From the NCBI GenBank assembly GCA_965200315.1, contig OZ241362.1, positions 2,624,001 to 2,688,000 of the forward strand: a DNA stretch of 64,000 nucleotides, read 5' to 3'. Of the stretch, positions 19,617-28,885 are shown one piece after another (position 1 is the stretch's first letter; each line of letters starts with the position of its first letter). A program made the translations under genes and the position numbers. This stretch comes from Candidatus Latescibacterota bacterium. Lineage in GTDB: Bacteria; Latescibacterota; UBA2968; UBA8231. The notes under the pieces are model-generated. The model was not told the origin of the DNA and did not search any database. It was given only the letters and a program-made list of their open reading frames with translations.

Positions 19617-21782
19617 GTGATATTGCAAAAAAATTGTAGGCGAGTGCTAGCGGCGTGGCTGCTGTTGGCGGGCACAGCACAAGCGGCGACCCTGAGCGGC
19701 TTTGTCTCCGACGCCGACAGCGGCGAAGCCTTGACCCGCGCCACTGTCGTAGTCCAAGGACTTCAACTCGGGGCGGTCAGCAACAACAGCGGCTACTATG
19801 CGGTCGTGCAAGTACCGGCTGGCACCCACGTGGTGAGCGCGTCGCACACAGGCTACCAGACCCGGTGGGACACACTGCACTTTGGTTCCCACGAGGCCGA
19901 GCGGCTCAACCTAGCACTGGTGCCCAAGCCGACGGACCTCGGAGAGCAGGTCTCGGTGGAGGCCGAGCGCATCAGCCTCCGCGCCAAGCCAGTGCAACAG
20001 TTGCCCGCCCTCGGCGAGGCCGACCTCTTGCGCAGCTTACAGCTTTTGCCGGGCATCCAAGCGGTTGCGGATATCAGCAGCGGCCTGTACGTGCGCGGCG
20101 GTAGCCCCGACCAGACAGCCATCCTCCTCGACGACATTCCCCTGTACAATCCCTCCCACCTGTTCGGACTTTTCTCGACCTTCAATCCAGACGCCATCAA
20201 GGAGGTCAATCTGTACAAGGGGGCCTACCCGGCGGCGTACGGCCGCACGCTCGGGGCCGTGCTCGACGTGAGCAACCGCGAGGGCAATCGCAAGCGCACC
20301 AGCGGACGCGGTGGCGTGAGCCTGATTTCAGGCCGCTTGCTCACCGAGGGGCCTGTCGGTCAAGGCTCGTGGATGCTGGCCGGTCGCCGCACCTACTTGG
20401 ACGGCGTGTTCAGCACCCTCCGCGCACGCGGGGAAGACATCCCGTTGAACTATTTCTTTTACGACCTAAACGGCAACATCAACCAGCAGCGGGGCGACGA
20501 CACCTACGCCGCGAGCGCGTACTGGGGCCAAGACGACCTGCGGATTGAGCTAGAAGACGACCGAGAATCCTTCGTCGATATGCGCTGGGGCAACCGCGCT
20601 CTGACTGTGCACTGGACGCGCGCGTTCTCGCCGGTCCTGTTCGGCCACCTTATGGCCGCCGAATCGTCGTCCGAAAGCATCATCGCGCTCCATTTCCTCG
20701 ACGCGCCCGTCCGCATCGCCAACAGCATTCGCGACCTCTCGCTCAAAGGCGACTTGGATTACTTCGCCAACCGCCACCACACGCTTTCTTTGGGCCTCTT
20801 GGCCACCTTGTTCGAGTTTCACTTTGTCCGGTCTTTCAACGAGCGGACCCAGCTCGACTTGCGCCAAGAGCCGGTGCTGTTGGAAGGCTACGTGCAGGAC
20901 GAGTGGCGGCCCGGGCCGGCCACGCTGGTGCGATTGGGTGGACGGGGAACGTACTTCAGCATAGGAGACCGCTGGCATTTCGCCCCGCGGCTGGCCCTGA
21001 GTCAAGCGCTGAGCGACAAAGTCCGGGTCAAGGCCGGCGGCGGTGTGTATCGCCAACACCTGCAACTGATCACTACGGAAGCCTTCAGCGGCGGCGATTT
21101 CTGGGTGCCGCTCGACAGCACCGTCGAGCCGGGGCGCTCCTATCAGGCCGTCACCGGCGTCGAGTGGACCCTTTCACCGCGCTACCAGCTTTCCGTGGAT
21201 GCCTATTACACGGCTCTCGACAACCTTGTAACCGTAGATACCGAACTGCCTGATGACAACGAGGACACGCACTCGGAAGCGGTGTTCAAAAGCGGTGGCA
21301 CGGGCTGGGCGAGGGGGGTCGAGGTCTTTTTGCAACGTCGCACCGGCGCACTCACCGGGTGGATCGGCTACGCGCTCGGTTGGACGCGGCGGACATTCCC
21401 CGAACTCAACGATGGCCAGCCCTTTCCCCCCAAGCACGACCGCCGCCACGACCTGTCTTTTGTCGCCTCCTACGAGATGGGCGCATGGCGGCTCGGCGCG
21501 AACCTAGCGTATGCCACTGGGCAGGCATTTACACCGGTTTCCGAATCGCCTGCCCAGCGCAACAGTGCCCGCCTGCAGCCCTATCACCGCCTCGATGTCA
21601 GCGTTAGCCGGTCGTTCGCCCTGCGGGGAGTCGCCAGCGAGTTTTACGTACAGATATTCAATGTGTACAGCCGCCGCAACGAATGGTTTGTACAGCTTGA
21701 TTCGGTCTATCCCGAAGTCGATCCGCGCAAGATCAAACAATTGCCCATAATCCCCACGCTGGGCTTCAATTTCTCTTTTTAA
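19617..21782 (+). CDS. TonB-dependent receptor with N-terminal carboxypeptidase-regulatory-like domain (paralog 1)
   Basis: GEADLLRSLQLLPGI, LYVRGG, YNPSHLFG.FSTFN, C-terminal F; probable start GTG 19617. Confidence 0.85.
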   Translation: MILQKNCRRVLAAWLLLAGTAQAATLSGFVSDADSGEALTRATVVVQGLQLGAVSNNSGYYAVVQVPAGTHVVSASHTGYQTRWDTLHFGSHEAERLNLALVPKPTDLGEQVSVEAERISLRAKPVQQLPALGEADLLRSLQLLPGIQAVADISSGLYVRGGSPDQTAILLDDIPLYNPSHLFGLFSTFNPDAIKEVNLYKGAYPAAYGRTLGAVLDVSNREGNRKRTSGRGGVSLISGRLLTEGPVGQGSWMLAGRRTYLDGVFSTLRARGEDIPLNYFFYDLNGNINQQRGDDTYAASAYWGQDDLRIELEDDRESFVDMRWGNRALTVHWTRAFSPVLFGHLMAAESSSESIIALHFLDAPVRIANSIRDLSLKGDLDYFANRHHTLSLGLLATLFEFHFVRSFNERTQLDLRQEPVLLEGYVQDEWRPGPATLVRLGGRGTYFSIGDRWHFAPRLALSQALSDKVRVKAGGGVYRQHLQLITTEAFSGGDFWVPLDSTVEPGRSYQAVTGVEWTLSPRYQLSVDAYYTALDNLVTVDTELPDDNEDTHSEAVFKSGGTGWARGVEVFLQRRTGALTGWIGYALGWTRRTFPELNDGQPFPPKHDRRHDLSFVASYEMGAWRLGANLAYATGQAFTPVSESPAQRNSARLQPYHRLDVSVSRSFALRGVASEFYVQIFNVYSRRNEWFVQLDSVYPEVDPRKIKQLPIIPTLGFNFSF

Positions 21783-21879
21783 CAGCGGAATCCAAAGTCG
21801 GCGACAAAGGCCCTTCCCCATCTCGCCGGATACGTATCAGCCCACAACTCGCACTACATAGTATATTGAATTAATCGTA

Positions 21880-21952
21880 TGTCTAATTTATGTCTAAAAA
21901 TTTAGAAAAATATCTTGACATATAATAGACAAATAATTACACTTATTAGACA
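21880..21952 (+). promoter_or_regulatory. sigma70 promoter overlapped by CarH/LitR-type repeat operator
   Basis: TTGACA (21915-21920), 17 bp, TACACT (21938-21943); TnnACA boxes at 21915, 21926, 21936, 21947 and inverted TGTCTA at 21880 and 21891 (10-11 bp periodicity). Confidence 0.75.
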
Positions 21953-21999
21953 AAGGACGCCAAAAGTGGCTCCATAACCTTTACGTAGGAGGAAGTCGC

Positions 22000-22542
22000 A
22001 TGAATATCGCCCGCATTACCACGCTCATGGCCTTAGCATTTTTGATTTGGACAGGCCCGGCCCAAGCGCAAGATGGGGATATCGTCGATGTTGCCATCGG
22101 AGCTGGCACTTTTAATACGCTGGTCGCTGCGGTTCAGGCTGCCGACCTCGTCGATGCGCTCAAAGGTGAAGGTCCCTTAACCGTCTTCGCCCCCACGGAC
22201 GAGGCATTCGCCGCGTTGCCCGAGGGCACGGTCGAGTCGCTGCTATTGCCCGAGAACCAGGAACTACTAACCTCCATCCTGCTGTATCACGTCGTCGCTG
22301 GTTCGGTCATGGCCGCCGATGTAGTGGAGTTGGATTCGGCTACCACCCTCAATGGTGCCTCGGTTGATGTCAGCGTCAGCGACAGCGGCGTGATGATCAA
22401 CAATGCCAATGTCGTCCAAGCGGATGTGGCCGCTAGTAATGGCGTAATCCACATCATTGATGCGGTGCTCCTGCCGCCGTCGCCGCCTGCTACAGCCGTT
22501 GAGGGCAGTACTTGGGGTGCTGTCAAGCAGCAAGCCCGCTAA
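22000..22542 (+). CDS. Fasciclin (FAS1) domain protein, secreted
   Basis: Signal peptide; [40 protein letters not shown]; C-terminal [12 protein letters not shown]; SD AGGAGG. Confidence 0.92.
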   Translation: MNIARITTLMALAFLIWTGPAQAQDGDIVDVAIGAGTFNTLVAAVQAADLVDALKGEGPLTVFAPTDEAFAALPEGTVESLLLPENQELLTSILLYHVVAGSVMAADVVELDSATTLNGASVDVSVSDSGVMINNANVVQADVAASNGVIHIIDAVLLPPSPPATAVEGSTWGAVKQQAR

Positions 22543-22559
22543 ACCAGTACACTCGGCCT

Positions 22560-22601
22560 GAGATCCCCCAACACAACCGTTTTATTGTGTTGGGGGATCT
22601 C
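22560..22601. terminator. Long hairpin after fasciclin gene (terminator or processing stem)
   Basis: GAGATCCCCCAACACAA-CCGTTTTA-TTGTGTTGGGGGATCTC, perfect 17-bp stem; no U-tract. Confidence 0.65.
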
Positions 22602-22784
22602 GTCCTCTCCGCTGGGAATCAACTCTCACCTATTCGACTAACAAAAACGAAGTCAATGGCATTGAGGACGATCTCGGCATGGCTGCTCTTTTTTGCCCAA
22701 ATTAGACCGCTCACATATCTATTCGGCATCTGACTGCTTCACTCTACTTTTGCGCGGGGACAACGGGACCTACATTCAACACCT

Positions 22785-23741
22785 ATGGAATTGACGCCGC
22801 GACATCCCATCAAAGTAGTAGTGCGGCGGACCGGGCTTTCGGCCCATGTCATCCGCGTTTGGGAAAAGCGCTATCAAGCCGTGATGCCGGCGCGGACGGA
22901 GACCAATAGACGGCTTTATTCGGACGAGGACATCGCACGCCTACAGTGGTTGCAGCAGGCGGTGCAGGCCGGAAATAGCATTGGCCAAATTGCCCATCTT
23001 CCCACGCCCGAACTGGCGAACCTGGTCCATGCGGAGCAAGCAGCGGCCCCGTTGGCCCAGAGGGTGCCCAATGGAGAGGGCGCGGAGAAAGCCCCTAGCC
23101 AATTCATCGAACAAGCCTTAGTCGCAGTACAAAGGCTAGACGCGGTCTCGCTCGAAAATCAGTTGAACCGAGCCTCTATCGCGTTGAGCCAGCGGCATCT
23201 GATCGAAGAAGTAGTCCAGCCGCTGATGGAGCGCATCGGTCAGATGTGGCAGGAGGGCATCTTGCGAGTGGCCGACGAGCACATGGCCTCAGCCGTGGTG
23301 CGCAACTTTATCGGCAATATGCGGGCCAGTTTCCAAGTAGCGGAGGCCGCTCCCCGCGTCGTCTCCACCACGCCCGCGGGGCAATTGCACGAGATGGGAG
23401 CTTTGCTCGCTACAGTCGTAGCCACGTCAGAAGGCTGGAGTTCGACGTTTCTGGGCCCCAACCTACCGGCCGAAGAAATAGCCAGAGCCGCCGCGCAAAG
23501 GGGTGCCAAGGCCGCGCTTCTCAGTATAATCTATCCGGGCGACGATCCCCATCTAGGCGGCGAGTTGCTCAAGTTGCGCCAACTGCTTGGCGACGACATG
23601 GCCCTGTTGGCCGGTGGCCGGGCCGCTCAGCATTACCGGCCTTTTCTCGAGCGGGCCGGGGCTATCACTCTAGCCAACCTGAGCGACTTGCGCGATTCCT
23701 TGAGTCTTTTGCGCCAAGAAACTATACTGGACCAAGGTTGA
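22785..23741 (+). CDS. carH: MerR-family cobalamin-binding photoreceptor/repressor (CarH/LitR type)
   Basis: MerR HTH with IRVWEKRY and RRLYS; W-x9-EH (WQEGILRVADEH); B12 motif GQLHEMG; LGPNLP; GG. Confidence 0.85.
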   Translation: MELTPRHPIKVVVRRTGLSAHVIRVWEKRYQAVMPARTETNRRLYSDEDIARLQWLQQAVQAGNSIGQIAHLPTPELANLVHAEQAAAPLAQRVPNGEGAEKAPSQFIEQALVAVQRLDAVSLENQLNRASIALSQRHLIEEVVQPLMERIGQMWQEGILRVADEHMASAVVRNFIGNMRASFQVAEAAPRVVSTTPAGQLHEMGALLATVVATSEGWSSTFLGPNLPAEEIARAAAQRGAKAALLSIIYPGDDPHLGGELLKLRQLLGDDMALLAGGRAAQHYRPFLERAGAITLANLSDLRDSLSLLRQETILDQG

Positions 23742-23787
23742 AAGCACCTGTTTTATAAAAACAACATTTAGTAGATAGAGAGATCGA

Positions 23788-24753
23788 ATGGAACATATAG
23801 AGGTCGAAGACAGAGTGCGGCCACTTAAAGGCTGGCGGCTGGCCTTACTGCGCTGGTTTAAGGGCGATGCCGCCGTGGTCGCCGCAGTCGGCGAAAACGA
23901 GCGGCAGGTCGATTGGGTGCGCATGCTGCCTTTTGTGGCTCTGCACTTGAGTTGCCTCGGGGTTTTGTGGGTCGGCTGGAGTCCGGTGGCCGTGGGGGTG
24001 GCCGTTGTGGCCTACTGGGTGCGGATGTTCGCCATAACCGGGTTTTACCACCGCTACTTTTCGCACCGTGCGTTCAAGACCTCGCGGCCTGTGCAGTTTC
24101 TCTTTGCCGTGCTGGGCAATACAGCCGTGCAACGCGGGCCGTTGTGGTGGGCCGGGCACCACCGCCACCACCATCGCCACTCCGATGGTGCCCACGACGT
24201 GCATTCGCCCAAGGAGCACGGTTTTTGGTGGAGCCACGTATTGTGGATCACCTCGCGGTCGAATTTCCCCACCCGTTTGTACAATGTCCGCGACTTGGCC
24301 CGTTTCCCTGAATTGCGCTTTCTCGACCGCTTCGACATCATCGTGCCCGCTTTGCTGGCGATGGGCATGTACGCCTTGGGAGACTATTGCGGACGCCGCT
24401 TTCCCGCGTTAGATACCAGCGGCTGGCAGATGTTGGTCTGGGGCTTTTCCATTTCCACCATCGTCTTGTTCCACAGCACCTGTACCATCAATTCGCTCTC
24501 CCATCTTTTTGGTAGCCGCCGCTTTGCCACCCAAGATCACAGCCGCAATAACATCTGGCTGGCCCTCATCACTATGGGCGAAGGCTGGCACAACAACCAC
24601 CATTATTACCCGGGTGCGGCGCGGCAGGGTTTTTACTGGTGGGAGTTCGATCCGACCTATTACCTGCTCAAAGTGCTGTCTTGGGTCGGCCTAGTGCGCG
24701 AGCTCAGGCGCGTGCCCGAGCAGGTGTACGACCGGGCCGTCAGCCGACGATGA
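23788..24753 (+). CDS. Acyl-CoA (delta-9-like) fatty acid desaturase
   Basis: His boxes HRYFSH, HRHHHRHSD, GEGWHNNHH; INSLSH. Confidence 0.92.
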   Translation: MEHIEVEDRVRPLKGWRLALLRWFKGDAAVVAAVGENERQVDWVRMLPFVALHLSCLGVLWVGWSPVAVGVAVVAYWVRMFAITGFYHRYFSHRAFKTSRPVQFLFAVLGNTAVQRGPLWWAGHHRHHHRHSDGAHDVHSPKEHGFWWSHVLWITSRSNFPTRLYNVRDLARFPELRFLDRFDIIVPALLAMGMYALGDYCGRRFPALDTSGWQMLVWGFSISTIVLFHSTCTINSLSHLFGSRRFATQDHSRNNIWLALITMGEGWHNNHHYYPGAARQGFYWWEFDPTYYLLKVLSWVGLVRELRRVPEQVYDRAVSRR

Positions 24754-26006
24754 AACCAAGGCGGCGCATCGCCGTGGTGGGCGGCGGCATCTCCGGCTTG
24801 GTGGCGGCCTATCTGCTGCACCCTGACCACCACGTCGCGCTGTTTGAAGCCAACGATTATATCGGCGGCCATACCCACACCTTAAAAGCGCAGCAGGACG
24901 GGAGCACTTATGCGGTGGATACGGGCTTTATCGTCTTCAACGAACCCAACTACCCGCAGTTCAATCGCTTGCTACAGCGTTTGGGGGTGGTCTCCCAGCC
25001 GACGCAAATGGGGTTCAGCGTCAAGTGCGGCCGCACGGGTTTGGAATACGCCAGTACGCCGCTGAGTAGTCTGTTGGCCCAACGGCGCAACGCACTGCGA
25101 CCTTCGTTCTACCGCATGTTGGCCGACCTCGTGCGCTTCAACCGCGAGGCCCCGGAGCTATTGGGCTCTGCCAATGACGCGACAACCCTCGGAGACTATC
25201 TGGCCGACAACGGCTATTCTGAGGCTTTTGTCCAACACCACATTATCCCGTTAGGGGCGGCCCTGTGGTCGGCACTGCCCGACCGCATGTACGAATTCCC
25301 AGCCCGCTACTTCGTCCAGTTTTTCGCCAACCACGCCTTTTTGCAAGTGCGCGGGCGGACGCTGTGGCGCGTCATCAAAGGGGGCTCGCAGTGCTACGTC
25401 AAGGCCCTGATTCGCCCCTTTAGGGCGCACATTCGGGCCAATTGCCCTGTGGCTTCTGTGCGGCGCTTGCACCAAGGAGTGGAAGTGCGCCCCCGAGTTG
25501 GCACCCCCGAGTGCTTCGACGAGGTCATCTTGGCCGTTCACAGCGACCAAGCCCTGCGGCTGTTGGCCGATCCAACCCCGGCCGAGCGCCGAGTGCTGAG
25601 CGCCATGCCCTATCAGGCCAACGATGTCGTCCTGCACACCGACGCTTCCTTGTTGCCCGAGCGCCGCCGCGCTTGGGCTAGCTGGAATTACTACATCCCG
25701 CCCGACAAGGGATGCCCCGCCACCGTCACTTATAATATGAATATCCTCCAAAGCCTAGAGAGCCGCCGGCCTTTTTGCGTCAGCCTCAACCGCACCAACG
25801 ACATTGCGCCACAGCGGATCATCGCCCGCATGACCTATCATCACCCCATCTATTCGCCGGCCGCGGTGGCCGCGCAAAAGCAACGGTCGCACATCGACGG
25901 GGTCGATCGCATCCACTACTGCGGGGCCTATTGGGGTTTTGGTTTTCACGAGGACGGGGTGGTCAGCGCCTTGGCCGTGACGCAGCGTTTTGGCAAGACG
26001 CTATAG
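24750..26006 (+). CDS. FAD-dependent oxidoreductase (amine oxidase family; UfaD/RSP1091-like)
   Basis: IAVVGGGISGL, GGHTHT, VDTGFIVFN..NYP, AWASWNY, YCGAYWGFGFHEDG; ATGA overlap with desaturase. Confidence 0.85.
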   Translation: MKPRRRIAVVGGGISGLVAAYLLHPDHHVALFEANDYIGGHTHTLKAQQDGSTYAVDTGFIVFNEPNYPQFNRLLQRLGVVSQPTQMGFSVKCGRTGLEYASTPLSSLLAQRRNALRPSFYRMLADLVRFNREAPELLGSANDATTLGDYLADNGYSEAFVQHHIIPLGAALWSALPDRMYEFPARYFVQFFANHAFLQVRGRTLWRVIKGGSQCYVKALIRPFRAHIRANCPVASVRRLHQGVEVRPRVGTPECFDEVILAVHSDQALRLLADPTPAERRVLSAMPYQANDVVLHTDASLLPERRRAWASWNYYIPPDKGCPATVTYNMNILQSLESRRPFCVSLNRTNDIAPQRIIARMTYHHPIYSPAAVAAQKQRSHIDGVDRIHYCGAYWGFGFHEDGVVSALAVTQRFGKTL

Positions 26007-26034
26007 AGCCATGGGTCGCCGTTAGAGGTGCTAG

Positions 26035-26838
26035 ATGAGCGGCCATAGCTGCATATACGAGGGGCGAGTGCGGCACCGCCGCTTCGCGCCAGTGAACCAC
26101 GTTTTTGAGTACCGGCTCTTTATGATGTATCTCGATTTAGCCGAATTGCCCAGCGTGTTCGACGGGCGTTGGCTATGGTCGGTAGGGCGGCCCAATGTGG
26201 CCTATTTCCGGCGCGCCGATCACTTGGGGGCGCCGCAGCATCCCCTAGCCGATTGCGTGCGACAATTGGTCAAAGGCGAGAGCGGACGCTATCCCGACGG
26301 GCCGATCCGCTTGCTGACCCACCTGCGCTACGGTGGCTACGGCTTCAACCCGGTCAGCTTTTACTACTGCTTCGACCGGGCCGACAGGCGCATCGAAACT
26401 GTGGTCGGCGAGGTAAATAACACCCCTTGGGGCGAACAGCACTGCTATGTCCTGCATTCAGGGCTCGACCGCGGCCGCGGAGCGCACAAGTGCTATCAAT
26501 TCTCCAAGGCGTTTCACGTTTCGCCCTTCATGGCCATGCAGCAGGACTACACTTGGCACTTTACGACGCCACGCCGCACCCTAGCAGTGCATATCGACAA
26601 TTGGCAGGATGGTCGCCGCTTATTCGACGCGACCCTAGTGCTGCGACGGCGGGAAATAAGCGCAGCGGCACTAGCCCGGGTCCTGGTGCAGTATCCGCTG
26701 ATGACGACAAGGGTCATTGGTGCCATTCACTGGCAAGCCCTAAAACTGTGGCTCAAGCGCTGTCCGTTCTACCCGCATCCCAAGTCATTGGCAAAGGAAA
26801 AAAATCATGTCGCAACTCGCTCTCTCCCCCGCAGCTAA
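26035..26838 (+). CDS. DUF1365 protein (UfaO/RSP1090-like)
   Basis: GRVRHRR, FNPVSFYYC, EVNNTPWGE, KAFHVSPFM, IHWQALKLW. Confidence 0.9.
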   Translation: MSGHSCIYEGRVRHRRFAPVNHVFEYRLFMMYLDLAELPSVFDGRWLWSVGRPNVAYFRRADHLGAPQHPLADCVRQLVKGESGRYPDGPIRLLTHLRYGGYGFNPVSFYYCFDRADRRIETVVGEVNNTPWGEQHCYVLHSGLDRGRGAHKCYQFSKAFHVSPFMAMQQDYTWHFTTPRRTLAVHIDNWQDGRRLFDATLVLRRREISAAALARVLVQYPLMTTRVIGAIHWQALKLWLKRCPFYPHPKSLAKEKNHVATRSLPRS

Positions 26839-28081
26839 AGGCCGCGGCGGCTGGCCCGATCGCTGGGCGCGGTGGTTGGTGTTGGGGCACTTGCAGCACT
26901 TGCCGCGCGGGGCAATTTGCCTAGTGGAAGGCGAGCAGCACCGCACCTTCGGGCGGAGCGCAGAGGGCCCGGCCGTGGTTTTGCAGGTTCATCATCCGCG
27001 CTTTTTCCGCGCCGTGGCCTTAGGGGGCACCATCGGCGCGGCAGAAGCCTACATGCAGGGGTGGTGGAGTTGCGACGATCTGCCGGCTGTGTGCCGCTTG
27101 GCCGTGGCCAATATGGAGTGGATGCGCCAGCGCGAGCGGGGGTGGGCCCGGTTGGCCGCGCCGGCCCGCACGCTGGCGCATGCCCTCAAGCGCAACACGC
27201 TCCGGGGGAGCCGGCGCAACATCGCCGCTCACTACGATTTGAGCAACGACTTTTTCCGCCTCTTTCTCGACGACAACATGATGTATTCAAGCGCGGTGTT
27301 TCCGCATCCGCACAGTTCGCTCGAAGAGGCCTCCCGCTACAAGGTGGACCGGATATGCAAAAAGCTCGCCCTCGCGCCCGAAGATCACCTGTTGGAAATC
27401 GGCACCGGCTGGGGCGGTTTTGCCCTGCACGCGGCCCGCGAGTATGGCTGCCGGGTAACTACGGCGACCATCTCGCAGCAGCAATACGAACTGGCGAGTC
27501 AACGGGTCCAAGCGGCTGGCTTGGCAGGGCGGGTGGAGGTGGTCTTGGCCGACTACCGAGATCTACAGGGACAGTACGACAAACTGGTTTCCATAGAGAT
27601 GATTGAAGCGGTGGGACATCACTATTTCGACACCTATTTCGGCTCCTGCTCCCGCTTGCTCAAACCCGAGGGTCTTATGCTGTTACAGGCCATCGTCATC
27701 GGCGATTGGGCCTACGAGCGGGCGCGTCGCTCGGTCGATTTCATCAAGGCATACATCTTTCCGGGCAGTTGCATTCCGTCGGTGGCAGCCATCAGCCGCT
27801 CGGTAGCCGCGGCTACCGATATGCGCTTGGTACATCTGGAGGACATCGGGCCGCACTACGCCCGCACCTTGCAGGCTTGGCGGACGCGCTTTTGGGACTC
27901 AGAAGAGCAGGTTCGCCAGCTAGGCTTTAGCGAGGAATTCATCCGCCTGTGGGACTTCTACTTTTCGTATTGCATCGGCGGCTTTGCAGAGCACTACATA
28001 TCCGATGTGCAAATGCTGTTGGCCCGGCCAGCTAACCGGCGCTCAGCGCAGTTGCCCGAGATCGCTCACGGCGAGGTTTAG
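26807..28081 (+). CDS. cfa: Cyclopropane-fatty-acyl-phospholipid synthase family methyltransferase (UfaM-like)
   Basis: NIAAHYDLSN, MMYSSA, LEIGTGWGG, SIEMIEAVG, YIFPG, WDFYFSYC. Confidence 0.88.
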   Translation: MSQLALSPAAKGRGGWPDRWARWLVLGHLQHLPRGAICLVEGEQHRTFGRSAEGPAVVLQVHHPRFFRAVALGGTIGAAEAYMQGWWSCDDLPAVCRLAVANMEWMRQRERGWARLAAPARTLAHALKRNTLRGSRRNIAAHYDLSNDFFRLFLDDNMMYSSAVFPHPHSSLEEASRYKVDRICKKLALAPEDHLLEIGTGWGGFALHAAREYGCRVTTATISQQQYELASQRVQAAGLAGRVEVVLADYRDLQGQYDKLVSIEMIEAVGHHYFDTYFGSCSRLLKPEGLMLLQAIVIGDWAYERARRSVDFIKAYIFPGSCIPSVAAISRSVAAATDMRLVHLEDIGPHYARTLQAWRTRFWDSEEQVRQLGFSEEFIRLWDFYFSYCIGGFAEHYISDVQMLLARPANRRSAQLPEIAHGEV

Positions 28082-28087
28082 GAACTC

Positions 28088-28885
28088 GTGTTAAGCGTAT
28101 TGGCGTATAGCTTGCCGCTGGCCATGGCGGGCATGGCCGCGCTGTATTGGCTGCAACGGCGGCGGGGTGACGCGGGAGTCGTCGACGTGGGGTGGGCTAG
28201 TGGCATTGGGTTGGTGGCCGTGGCCATAGCATATAGCGGGGACGGCTGGGCACCGCGGCGGTTTCTGCTCGGGTTGATGGGCGCGGTGTGGGCCTTCCGC
28301 CTGACCGCTTATTTGATAATGGACCGGCTGGTGCGAGCCAAAGCAGAAGACGGCCGCTACCAGATGCTGCGTACTCAATGGGGGCCCAAGGCCCAGCGGA
28401 ACTTGTTCTATTTATTTCAGGCGCAGGCCCTGCTAGTGGTTTTATTTGGCCTGCCCTTCGTCGCTGTGGCAGCCAAAGCAGAGGTGGGGTGGACCGCTTG
28501 GGACGTCGCCGGTCTGCTGGTGTGGGCGGTGGCCGTGGTCGGCGAGTGGATGGCTGACCGCCAATTAGCCGCCTTCCGCAGCCAAGCGGCCAACCAAGAG
28601 CGCACCTGCGACCGCGGCCTGTGGCGCTATTCGCGCCATCCCAACTACTTTTTTGAATGGGTCCACTGGTGGGCCTACGCAGTCATGGCCGTCGGATCGG
28701 CACTCGGGTGGCTAGCTTGGATCGGCCCGGTGCTGATGCTGTTTCTGCTGTACCGCGTTACTGGCATTCCTTACACTGAGAAGCGGGCCTTGGTCCGCCG
28801 CGGCGAGTCCTACCGCCGCTACCAGCGCACTACCAGTCCCTTTGTTCCGTGGTTCCCACGCAAGGAAAATGCTGAACGCGATTGA
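28088..28885 (+). CDS. DUF1295 (steroid 5-alpha-reductase-like) membrane protein
   Basis: [46 protein letters not shown]. Confidence 0.88.
   Translation: MLSVLAYSLPLAMAGMAALYWLQRRRGDAGVVDVGWASGIGLVAVAIAYSGDGWAPRRFLLGLMGAVWAFRLTAYLIMDRLVRAKAEDGRYQMLRTQWGPKAQRNLFYLFQAQALLVVLFGLPFVAVAAKAEVGWTAWDVAGLLVWAVAVVGEWMADRQLAAFRSQAANQERTCDRGLWRYSRHPNYFFEWVHWWAYAVMAVGSALGWLAWIGPVLMLFLLYRVTGIPYTEKRALVRRGESYRRYQRTTSPFVPWFPRKENAERD

Noticed and set aside
22690-23787. Additional CarH operators before carH or the desaturase
   Set aside because: Only isolated partial boxes without 11-bp phasing or a correctly spaced promoter.
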